A DNA stretch of 64,000 bases, taken from the NCBI RefSeq assembly GCF_021028975.2, contig NC_059433.1:67332001-67396000 (forward strand), given 5' to 3'. Made by a program: the position numbers and the translations under genes. The stretch's first letter is position 1; each line of letters opens with the position of its first letter. The notes under the pieces were generated by a model. The model was not told the origin of the DNA and searched no databases. It worked only from the letters and a program-made list of their open reading frames with translations. Below are positions 13,234-23,533 of the stretch, piece after piece. The DNA comes from Sphaerodactylus townsendi. Lineage: Eukaryota.

Positions 13234-13322
13234 GAGATATATTGCCATATAAAATCCTGCCTATTTCATGTTCTGCATGTTTTTGGCCCATATGCACATA
13301 TGTCCTTCTGTGTTGTTTGCCA

Positions 13323-13461
13323 NNNNNNNNNNNNNNNNNNNNNNNNNNNNNNNNNNNNNNNNNNNNNNNNNNNNNNNNNNNNNNNNNNNNNNNNNNNNNN
13401 NNNNNNNNNNNNNNNNNNNNNNNNNNNNNNNNNNNNNNNNNNNNNNNNNNNNNNNNNNNNN
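13323..13461. other. Assembly gap
   Basis: Run of N. Confidence 1.
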
Positions 13462-13669
13462 CAGGACAATGGAGATTTGCTCTGGGATACCTTCAGACAT
13501 GCAGAAAGCACCGGGGGGGGGGAGCAGGCAAATATAGAAGTGCAGGTCATTTTGTTACCCAAATGCTGGGATCCGCCCCTTTTAGAGTGGAGCAGCTAGC
13601 AAGGGCACACTTTGCTATACAAGAGGTGGGTAAACAATATGAGATCTTTTCCACCAGAGTTTACGAAGG

Positions 13670-14155
13670 TGTGTTTCTGCAAGAAATCCACAGGAATCCA
13701 AAAGTTTAACTATTTTATTAGAAAAGATAAAATAATAAATATACCAGCATAGAACTGATCACAGCACACAGTGAATTCACACAGTTCTAGATTTTAGAAA
13801 GAGGTCTTTCTAAAGAGGTCAAGCACACTTTTTATTCCCACTCTCTGCTTGCAGGTCCGTCATTGCGACAAAGTGCCAGATGTGCCTGTCACCAGTAAAT
13901 GTCTGGAATAGGTGCGTTTCTGCAAGAAATCCACAGGAATCCAAAAGTTTAACTATTTTATTAGAAAAGATAAAGTAATAAATATACCAGCATAGAACTG
14001 ATCACAGCACACAGTGAATTCACACAGTTCTAGATTTTAGAAAGAGGTCTTTCTAAAGAGGTCAAGCACACTTTTTATTCCCACTCTCTGCCCACAGGTC
14101 CGTCATTGCGACAAAGTGCCAGATGTGCCTGTCACCAGTAAATGTCTGGAATAGG
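13670..14155 (+). repeat. Near-identical ~243 bp tandem duplication
   Basis: GTTTCTGCAAGAAATCCACAGGAATCC...TCTGGAATAGGT repeated twice. Confidence 0.9.
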
Positions 14156-14271
14156 TCAGAATTTTTTGGGGGAAAGGTGATAATTTTGATAAGTATTAGA
14201 AAAGACAGATGATTAGAAAGTCTGGGAAAGGGGTCGGATCGTAGTTTTTCCTCCTGCTTTGACTGGCTTAC

Positions 14272-14600
14272 AAGGAGCAGCAGTGGTGTAGGAGGTTAAG
14301 TGCTCGTGTATCTAATCTGGAGGAACCGGGTTTGATTCCCGCTCTGCCGTCACTTAAACTGTGGGAGGCTTTTATCTGGGGAATTCAAGATTAGTTCTGT
14401 GCACTCCCCACACATGCTGCCAGCCTCCTGGGAAGTGACCCTTGGGCTAGTCTGGCAGCTTTTCGAGACTTTCTCTCAGCCTCCACCTACCCCCCACCTA
14501 CCTCACAGGGTGTTTGTTGTGAGGGGGGAAGGGCAAGGAGATTGTAAGCCCCTTTGAGTCTCCTGCAGGAGAGAAAGGGGGGATATTAATCCAAACTCTT
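14272..14600 (+). mobile_element. tRNA-derived SINE (Squam3-like)
   Basis: AGGAGCAGCAGTGG...GGTTTGATTCC A/B boxes; AATCCAAACTCTT end. Confidence 0.85.
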
Positions 14601-14619
14601 ATTTTTGTCTTCTATAAGA

Positions 14620-14920
14620 GCCAGTGTGGTGTAGCAGTTAACAAGAATGGACTCTATTCTAGAGAACTGGGTTTGACTCTCCACTCCTGTACATGAGTGA
14701 CAGACTCTTGACTGGTGAACAGGATTTGTTTGTCCACTCCTCCACATGAAGCCTGTTGGGTGACCTTGGATAGTCACAGTTCTCTCAAATCTCTCTCAGC
14801 CCCACCTACCTCACAGGGTGTCTGTTGTGGGGAGAGGAAGGGAAGCAGTTGTAAGCTATTTTGAGGCTTCTTATGGTTGAGAAAAGTGAGGTCTAAATCC
14901 AAATGCTTATTCTGCTTCTT
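14620..14920 (+). mobile_element. Older subfamily tRNA-derived SINE; paralogous copy at 25610-25910
   Basis: Diverged match to the same SINE consensus. Confidence 0.7.
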
Positions 14921-15555
14921 TGTCCAAGCAGAAAATGACAAGTGGTGGCAGGGTTACTCATTTTCTCCACAATATCATCATTTTCTGTTTAAACAGAATT
15001 ATGCTCCCACGCACCCATTAGGCATGCTTTAATAGAGAAAAATTTGTATGTATGAGGGCTCATTTATAAACTGTCTTCCTATCTTATTCAGTTTAAACTG
15101 TGGGTTATGGATGAGGAAATGATTCAGTATGGTCTGTTTTTTTCTCTGTGTTCAAATTTATTGCCAAAGGCTTTGCCTTTTGAAAACAGATTGGCTTGTG
15201 CTGTGTAAACCTATTGCATTTTACAGTTTTGATGTATATCACTTGTTCGTATTCTTGTATGTAACAATGAGGGGAATAAACACGAGAAACAATGCATAAA
15301 GAGAAAGAATGATTGCTTCAGTTGTTACCGGGGTGAAGAGAAGTGAAACTGAAAAGAAGAAAACAGGGTTTAAAGCAGGCTGATGTGCTGGCAAGTAGCC
15401 AAAACAAAGGCCATCTTAATGCTGCCAAAATCAAGCAGGGCCTGGAGAGTTTGGGGAATGACAACTGATCTCTCGGCTGCAGAGAGGAGTTCCCTTGGAG
15501 AAAATGGCTGCTTTGGAGTGTGGACTCTATGACATGATGCCCTGCTGGTCTGCCT

Positions 15556-16099
15556 TGTCAGAACATGTGTGACTGTTTAGATGAGCAAAATCTAAATGAC
15601 ATAGCTGGACGCCTTCCCTTCCTAGAATTGCCGTGTTGCAGATTACGCATTACTGAAAGTGGACAGCTTGTACTGTGTACAAACCTGATAAAGCGTGAGG
15701 GCACCCTGATTGAACAATTACCGCACTTTGTATATAGTTAGCACAGACAGCAGTGTGAGGAGTGCTTGGAAACACCTGTGATCTGGCGAAGCACTATGTT
15801 AGTAGATAGCAGTAAAAAGAACTGCACTGGTGACTGTGTGTGTCTGTCAGTTCTTGTCTACACCAAGCTTTGATACTCACAAAGGGTGGGTCTACTCGAG
15901 TAAATCCGGCTCAACTTCAACAGGTTATGGGCCCAGATTCTGCCTTTTACTCCGTGAGTAACTGTTTGTGTTGCTGTGTGCGCTGTAATACAGTTTCACG
16001 GCTCAAGTCTTTTGCTGGCTTGCCTTTTGAGCGGCTAACAGAACATAATTATGTGACCTGGTGCCTGAAGATGAAGGCTTATCTTCTGCGTGAAGATTG
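15556..16099 (+). mobile_element. Ty1/Copia retrotransposon 5' end: LTR 15556-15922, PBS 15923-15936, gag fragment
   Basis: TG...CA LTR followed directly by GGTTATGGGCCCAG (copia-type half-tRNA-Met PBS); downstream FERLTEHNYVTWCLKMKAYL matches the Copia gag N-terminal pattern; absent from the paralog at ~26580. Confidence 0.85.
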
Positions 16100-16284
16100 C
16101 CTCCTCCAATCCCACCCTCACCAAACACCAACCCAAATCTCCACAAATTTCTGCACCTGGAGCTTACAACCCCACCCTCCAACCTTTTTCAAGGTTTATA
16201 TTCTCTCTGACGCGTTGGACATTTTGTAGGCCCTTTTACTTTGCGTGGTGATGCAGCTGGAGATAATTGAGAATGGAAATAAAA

Positions 16285-17106
16285 ATTTGGGCGTCTTAGT
16301 GGATAGTTCCATGGGAATGTCAACTCATTGCATGGCAGCTGTGAAAAAGGCAAACTCTATGCTGGGGATAATTAGGAAAGGAATTGAGAATAAAACTGCA
16401 AAGATTGTCATGCCCTTATATAAAGCAGTGGTGCGACCGCACTTGGAGTAATGTGTTCATTTCTGGTTGCCACATCTCAAAAAGAATATTGAAGAGATAG
16501 AAAAAAGTGCAGAGAAGGGCAACGAGGATGAGTGAGGGACTGGAGCACCTTCCTTATGAGGAGAGGCTGCAGCGTTTGGGACTCTTTAGTTTGGAGAGGA
16601 GACGTCTGAGGGGGGATATGATTGAAGTCTATAAAATTATGCATGGGGTAGAAAATGTTGACAGAGAAATTTGTTTCTCTTTCTCACAATACTAGAACCA
16701 GGGGGCATACATTGAAAATGCTGGGGGGAAGAATTAGGACTAATAAAAGGAAACACTTCTTCATCCAATGTGTGATTGGTTTTTGGAATATGCTGCCACA
16801 GGAGGTGGTGATGGCCACTAAACCGGATAGCTTTAAAAGGGGCTTGGACAGAGTTTTATGGAGAGAAATTAGCATCTATGGCTACCAATCTTGATCTCCT
16901 CTGATCTGAGATTGCAAAATGCCTTTAACAGTCCAGGGGACTCTGGGAGCAACAGCCGCGATGAAGGCCAGCTTGCTTTCACACATCCCTGCATGTGAGC
17001 ACCCCAAAGAGCACCTGGTGGAGCCACCGCGAGGGAGGCAAGAGAGCTGGACTAGATGGACTCTGGTCTGATCCAGCTGGCTTGTTCTTATGTTCTTATG
17101 TTCTTA
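16285..17106 (+). mobile_element. 5'-truncated CR1 LINE with stops and frameshifts
   Basis: Matches ~5113-5917; (TTCTTATG)n tail. Confidence 0.95.
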
Positions 17107-17629
17107 AAAAGACAGACTATTGCTGAAAAAAATATATTCCCCACCAGATCCAGTCCCACTCTGCCTTTTGGGGACAGAGACCTGACATTGCAAAAGTCTC
17201 CTCCTCCTTCTGTTGAAGACTATCTTGTCATCTAAGATAAGGACATTTTCTCATATGCCATTGCCAAGCTAAGAGTGCAAAGTCTGATACAACTTGAATT
17301 GAGTATGAGTTGAATTGAGTCCACCATTTTCTAACCTTATCCACATTTTTTGTAACTGTTATTGCCCTTTTGACAGTGTAAGCTGATATGAATCCTCACT
17401 TAACACAGGAAAGTAGTTAAAACCACCCAAGGAAGCCAAAGGTCACAACACAGAAACAGGCGATGGCAACGGCCTGTTTCGTTTGTCTCCTGCCTTGAAA
17501 ACCCTGCAGGGTGACCCTACTTGGGCACGGGCAAATAATAGTGGGGTCAGTTGCTCATCCTTATCACTTGCAAGTTTTTTTTTTTTTCTCCTACGAGCCC
17601 CATTTCTAGCACTCCAGAGATCCTTCAGC

Positions 17630-17891
17630 ATGAGCAAAGAGGTTTTCCTCCCTCTGAGAGCTAATCTGATGGCTGATACAAGAACCGCTCCATCGGCCGA
17701 TGTGGGCAAACTGAAGAACAAAAGCAAAAGGCAGTTAGCCTGGAGCTCTTCGCCATCTTGCAGTCTCTTTGACGGGACTGTTGAAATTTGCTCAAACTCT
17801 CCTACAATTTCTTCTTTGCCTCCCGTCCAGCAGAAGACATCGGGCCCCTCATCCACGGTCTCTAAGGACAGCTCTCCACAATTATTCACAG
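17630..17891 (+). other. Putative non-coding upstream exon (copy 2)
   Basis: CACAG|GTGAGT donor; paralogs at 6500-6784 and 29790-30058. Confidence 0.5.
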
Positions 17892-18057
17892 GTGAGTGAA
17901 AACTGACCCCCTGGGGTGAAATCATATCACAACATTTGCTAAGCAGACTGTTGGGGGTGGTGGTTATCAATGTGTTCCCCAGTCATCCACACTCGACCCC
18001 CAGCAAGGTGGGTACTCATTTTACTGATCTCGTAAGCATGGAAGGTAGAGTCAACCA

Positions 18058-18405
18058 AGGAGCAGCAGTGGCATAGGAGGTTAAGAGCTCGTGGCGTAGG
18101 AGCAGTGGCGTAGGAGCTTAAGAGCTCGTGTATCTAATCTGGAGGAACCGGGTTTGATTCCCCGCTCTGCCGCTTGAGCTGGGGAGGCTTATCTGGGGAA
18201 TTCAGATTAGCCTGTACACTCCAACGCATGCCAGCTGGGTGACCTTGGGCTAGTCACAGCTTCTCGGAGCTCTCTCAGCCCCACCCACCTCACAGGGTGT
18301 TTGCTGTGAGGGGGGAAGGGCAAGGAGATTGTTGTGAGGGGGGAAGGGCAAGGAGTCTCCTACAGGAGAGAAAGGGGGGATATAAATCCAAACTCTTCTT
18401 CTGCT
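18058..18405 (+). mobile_element. tRNA-derived SINE (Squam3-like) with duplicated head
   Basis: Consensus match, (CTT)n tail. Confidence 0.85.
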
Positions 18406-18775
18406 TCTTGAGCTGGCTACCGGAGTCCGACTTCTGTCGGGATCGAACTCAGGTTGCGAGCGGAGCTTTGAATGGAGCACTGCAACTTACCACCCTGTGT
18501 CACGGGGCTTGCAGAGGAGACTACCTTAACTGTACCTGTAAGTGGACACTCTCAGTGGGGATTGGTTCAGTTGGCAGCTAGAGACGAGTTTCCTTTTTTT
18601 TAACGTGACACAGTTCGACCACATCTTGCGTATGTCCTATATTGTTTCACGGAGTGGCGCAGGCTGCATGCGTGGGAAGGCAGTGGGTGCATCAACCGCT
18701 CTTTCTTCTCCATAGGTCAGGTGGTAGCCGTCCGTATTCTCCAGCCTCCTATCATGCTGAGTAGCAGTGCAAATT

Positions 18776-19165
18776 TGATGGGATTTGGCAAGTGTAGTAA
18801 CACAATCCAGTAACGAAGGAGTTAATTGTTACATGCTAATTAGTTAGTGAGGTCAGAAGTCAGTGACCAGGTAATTGATACCTATTGGTTGGGTGGGCTA
18901 CAGGCAGGTCTGCACGTAGGCTTTCGATATATCTTCTTTGTGTTGCACTCTGCACGTGCTCAGTCCAGTCCAGTCTATAGCTTCGTAGCTGTGTAACAGT
19001 CTAAGCAGCAAGCTGGCTGTTGGTGCTAGCTAGTAAGAAAGATGTTTATTGTTTTTCTTCCAAGTTTCCCTTCCCTGTAGTAAGTGAACTTTATTTCAGT
19101 AAAGCAACTGGTCTCTGCCTCATTATTGCATTAACTCTGCTAATTAAGTATTTGTCCACATGACA
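18776..19165 (+). mobile_element. Solo LTR
   Basis: TGATG...TGACA ends, 5-bp TSD AAATT, AGTAAA signal; related to 1237-2234. Confidence 0.8.
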
Positions 19166-19795
19166 AAATTTCTGCTGAGTAAAGTTGCCAGCCCTGGGTT
19201 AGAAAATACTAGGAGATTTTTGTGGAGTAAAGCCTGAGGTGGGTGGGGTGTAGGGAAGAGAGGATTTCTGCAGGGTGTCATGTCATAAGAGCCCGCCTTC
19301 CCAAGTGGCCATTTTTTCCAGGTGAACTAATCTCTATCACCTGGAGCAGCAGATCTCCAGCCACAGCCTGGAGGTTGGCAGCCCTACTTCCAAGACGCTG
19401 CCACCATGTCTTGCAGTGTTCTGTTTAGTTGCATGTCTTGTGTTGACACAAAATACCTTGTCTTAGTATTCTGTCATGTTAGCATGTCTTGTGAACGTCT
19501 TTTGAGTGGGTAGAATGCAAAGAGAAAAAACAGGCAGTTGGTGTCATGTAGCTGAGTGGGCAATAAAAGAACCTATAATGGCCATGGGGTGGCCCTGGAC
19601 ATTCTCCAACTAGGTCCTCCCAAACGTGACACTAGAGATGGGGATCTATATGTATGCATGTGCACATGGATGGAAGTACAGGTTGCATCTTTGGAGTTTG
19701 AACTGTCAGTTCAATGCTGGGCTATGCTTGTTGGGAAGGGAGTTTGTAAGCCCCTTTGAGTCTCCTACAGAAGAGAAAAGAATCCAGCTCCTCTT

Positions 19796-19877
19796 NNNNN
19801 NNNNNNNNNNNNNNNNNNNNNNNNNNNNNNNNNNNNNNNNNNNNNNNNNNNNNNNNNNNNNNNNNNNNNNNNNNNNN
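19796..19877. other. Assembly gap
   Basis: Run of N. Confidence 1.
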
Positions 19878-20211
19878 ATTTGTTACAGTATTATAGACAC
19901 ATTAAAAATGGAGTAAATATTTACAATGATTATGAAGACATATGCTGGCAAGAGGTCCTTCGTAAAGCAACAGTGGCAATGAAATCCTCTTCAGATGCTA
20001 ATTTATATCATAACGTCAGGCATGCAACATGAAACAATCTTTTTCCGAGAGTATTCAAACATCAAAGCTACCTTCCATCCATATTTTGGAACTATCCAAT
20101 TATCTACAAAGAATACTGTTTGATCACAAAAATACGTTTTGTATAGAATGCACACTTGTGTCTTGGCAAAACATCACATGGAGATAAAGAAGCCCCATAA
20201 AACTATACATT

Positions 20212-20340
20212 GGCTGGTTCCGCATGGGCCAAAAACAGCGGTGTGAAAACGGTATAAACCCTTTTACACTGTTTTAAACCCTTTTACACCATTTTCACAC
20301 TGTTTTCACACTGCTGTTTTTGGCCCATGCGGAACCAGCC
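20212..20340. mobile_element. Palindromic MITE
   Basis: GGCTGGTTCCGCATGGGCCAAAAACAGC...GCTGTTTTTGGCCCATGCGGAACCAGCC; empty site at ~8410 in the paralog. Confidence 0.85.
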
Positions 20341-21117
20341 GTTGATTGCTCTTTCCACAAGTATTCCTCAATGTAAAAATGAAGAAATGCCCTCCATCAC
20401 ATTTACATTTCAATAATTCAGCTTATTTTATATCCTTGCTCCATATCTCACCTGCATCTCTGTAGCTGGCAGAGAGGAAGAGGTTTCATCAATTCCCGAA
20501 GCACCAAATAATCAGCTTTTACCCTATTGCACTATTCTAAACCGTATCAACCTTTCATCTCACTTACAATTGGATTTCACAAACCAAAGAGTTTTTCTTT
20601 TCTTAATGAGTTATGTTTTAGAAATTATTCGTTCACAGCAAAACCATCTACAATTTTTTTTGGTATGCGATGTACTTTTAGTGAGATTTCTTTCGTTCAA
20701 AATTACTGCAATACAAACATATGATAAAAATCACCTGTCACATCTTGGTTATTCATATCATGTTGGTAAAAGCCTAACCTTTGGTAGAAAGGGATTGTTT
20801 ATTTAAAAGTATGAGGCCACCATTTTTCCTTAAAAATAAGAATGGGATGTGATCTGAAACGATAATTATGGGTGATGAAGAGGGGCTTTCTAAGAAAAAA
20901 ATATATGTTTCTGCTCAATCTACATTGCAGTGACTCTTAGCTAAAAGTGTACTAGGAAAACAACCATTCCTTTAGGTCCCTGTTTGGTATATTAATTCCT
21001 TATTATGCATATATTTCATCTGGCATTGAAATGATGCAATAGCAAACAACCGCATGCTGCTGTAGTTCTTTACACTTTGGTGTGGTTTTGTTGTCTAGTT
21101 TGAACTAGTTTGCCTTT

Positions 21118-21545
21118 GGGGTGCTGTGTGGTTTCCGGGCTGTATGGCCGTGTTCTAGCAGCATTCTCTCCTGACATTTCACCTGCATCTGTGGCTGGCA
21201 TCTTCAGAGGATCTCCTCTGAAGATGCCAGCCACAGATGCAGGCAAAAAGAAGAACGGGATGTGATCTGAAACAATAATTATGGGTGATGTAGAGGGGCT
21301 TTCGAAGAAAAAAATATATACGTTTCTGCTCAATTTACGTTGCAGTGACTCTTAGCTAAAAGTGTACTAGGAAAACAACCATTCCTTTAGGTCCCTGTTT
21401 GGTATATATATCAGAGATCCTCTGAAGATGCCAGCCACAGATGCAGGCAAAACGTCAGGAGAGAATGCTGCTAGAACACGGCCATACAGCCCGGAAACCA
21501 CACAGCACCCCAGCGATTCCAGCCGTGAAAGCCTTCGACAATACA
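21118..21545. mobile_element. Penelope-like element terminus (inverted pLTR pair), hammerhead cores mutated
   Basis: Inverted copies of GATCCTCTGAAGATGCCAGCCACAGATGCAGG...; flanked by a TAGTTTGCCTTT duplication. Confidence 0.8.
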
Positions 21546-21815
21546 TAGTTTGCCTTTTCTTTTTCTTTCAGGGGTCTCAGAGGTGAAAGGGTTCATCTAC
21601 CTCATGGGAAACCTCCATAATGAAATAGCTGCAATCATTTTATACTAAATAAGGTACATCCGTATTAACGGACTATCGTGTGGGTTTCCTGCATGGCTCA
21701 GGTGACACAAGTTTAGAAATGTCCAATGCTCGGTCCTGTAGCATGAACTGAATTGGCATATGTCTTTTTTATCCCAGTAAGGGCAGACAGACTCAAAAAG
21801 ACAAACATTCCAAAC

Positions 21816-22892
21816 ATGGCGGACGTGGTTAATTCAAGTCTGAAATTTGGTCTCCACGAAGATGAAAACTCTGAACTTTATGAATATTACTTGAACATCT
21901 CAAGAGACAACCTACTAAAGATGCAAGAACCTTTTATAACAATTGTCACTGTTATCTATATCCTCCTATTTCTAACCTGCATTCTTGGAATTGTGGGGAA
22001 TGGAACCATCATCTGGCTTCTTGCCTTCGGCATGAAGAGGACTCCTTTCACAACGTACATCCTGAACTTGGCTATTGCTGATATTGGGGTCCTCATAGTC
22101 AGCATTTTGACATATATATGCGCAGTATATGAGTTTGTAATTGCAGTCCTTAATCGTGAAGCTGTTTCTCTTCTGAAATATTACATATTTGGTTATGTGC
22201 TCTCATTATTGTATAACACTGATCAGCTTCTCCTGACAGCCATCAGTGTGGACAGGTGCGTGGTGGTCCTCTTCCCAGTTTGGCATCGATGCCACCGGCA
22301 ACCACACCTGTCCAGAACTGTTTGTGTCTTCATATGGGTCCTCTCCTTCCTGCTTAGTGGATTGGACATCCTTCTCATATTTGCAAATCAATTTACACTG
22401 CTCCAGTTTATGGTGAATGTTGTCATTTGCACCCCACTCATGGCTATCTCTGCTATCACTTTGTTGGTCACAATCTGCCTTAAATCCCAGCAACGTAAGC
22501 GGGGAAAACTTTTCATGACTATTTTCCTTGCGCTTTCCTTTTTTCTCATCTTTGGTTTCCCTGTGAATTATATGTCTGTCCTCATATACTATTATGTTTT
22601 GGATGACATTGATGTGAGATCCGTGTTCAGCGCGCTTCTTGGATACTCAGAATTAAGTTCCACGGTGATTCTTATGCTTTCGTCCAGGGCACATCAGATT
22701 ACTATTCCTATACTGGTTGCTTTTGCATGTACAGTTCTAAACTGCAGTGTTAACCCGTTAATCTATTTCTTAGTGGGAAGAGACAAGAAGAGCAGATCTG
22801 GGCTCTCGATGAAAGTTGCCCTCCAGAGGGTATTCAAGGATGAGGAAAACTGCAGAGGGGAAGAAGGACCCCTAGCTGAAACCCAGGTCTGA
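21816..22892 (+). CDS. MAS-related GPCR, 358 aa, close paralog of 10344-11414
   Basis: Same motifs (GIVGNG, LNLAIAD, VDRC, NPLIYFLVG); ATG in the same CCAAACATGG context as copy 1. Confidence 0.95.
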   Translation: MADVVNSSLKFGLHEDENSELYEYYLNISRDNLLKMQEPFITIVTVIYILLFLTCILGIVGNGTIIWLLAFGMKRTPFTTYILNLAIADIGVLIVSILTYICAVYEFVIAVLNREAVSLLKYYIFGYVLSLLYNTDQLLLTAISVDRCVVVLFPVWHRCHRQPHLSRTVCVFIWVLSFLLSGLDILLIFANQFTLLQFMVNVVICTPLMAISAITLLVTICLKSQQRKRGKLFMTIFLALSFFLIFGFPVNYMSVLIYYYVLDDIDVRSVFSALLGYSELSSTVILMLSSRAHQITIPILVAFACTVLNCSVNPLIYFLVGRDKKSRSGLSMKVALQRVFKDEENCRGEEGPLAETQV

Positions 22893-23012
22893 TTTGTGTA
22901 TGAGGATAGACATGCACATGCACGCACGCATGCACGCACGCACGCACGCATGCACGCATGCACAGCATATTTGTGTCAGATCTTGGAAGCTAATGAGTCT
23001 GTGGTTAATATT

Positions 23013-23533
23013 GCAAAGCAAAGCATTTTGTCATTGTGCATGCACAATGAAATTTACAGCAGCATTCCTCGATGCACACAATTTCAGACTCATCCCCCAT
23101 CCTCACTTTCCCCTTCCTCCACCCATCCCTACACAGCCCCAAACACATCAACATGAAGCCACGGAGTTCAGCATCGCCACAGCTCTAGAGTAGAAGCTGT
23201 CTCTAAGCCTCTTTGTTCTAGTTTTGATAGACCCATATCGTCTGCCAGATGGTAACAGTTCAAAAAGAGAGTGTGCTGGATGAGACGGGTCTCTCAAAAT
23301 ATTTTGGGCTTTCTTTAGGCTTCGGGAATTATAGAGTTCTTCCAAGGAGGGGAGAGGGCAGCCGATAATCCTCTGTGCAGTAGTGATCACCCTTTGGAGT
23401 GCCTTCCTATCTGCCACTGTGCAACTGGAGAACCATACACAGATGCAGTAGGTTAAGACACTCTCTATAGTACAGTGGTAAAAGGACACCAGGAATTTTC
23501 CATTCAGTTGTTGTTTCCTTAAAAGTCTCATGA
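23013..23533 (-). mobile_element. Rex1/Babar-type LINE 3' fragment inserted in the GPCR 3' region
   Basis: FYHCTIESVLTYCICVWF, ILRDPSHPAHSLFELLPSGRRY and RLRDSFYSRAV are characteristic Rex1 ORF C-terminal motifs; absent in copy 1. Confidence 0.85.

Noticed and set aside
13670-14155. Functional tandem repeat or CRISPR-like array
   Set aside because: A simple two-copy duplication near a gap, possibly an assembly artefact; eukaryotic context with no spacers
17443-17970. Minus-strand ORF alignable with 6483-6749 as a separate gene
   Set aside because: The third copy (~29800-30058) has in-frame stops, there are no minus-strand splice signals or known motifs, and plus-strand donor conservation explains the similarity
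21118-21545. Active hammerhead ribozymes
   Set aside because: The conserved GAAA reads AAAA in the plus-strand arms, and the GTC site reads as AATGTC with a broken ACGT stem in the minus-strand arm
21753-21815. N-terminal extension from the TTG start in the ORF track
   Set aside because: Non-ATG start; the paralog has an in-frame stop there; ATG 21816 matches the paralog's start context
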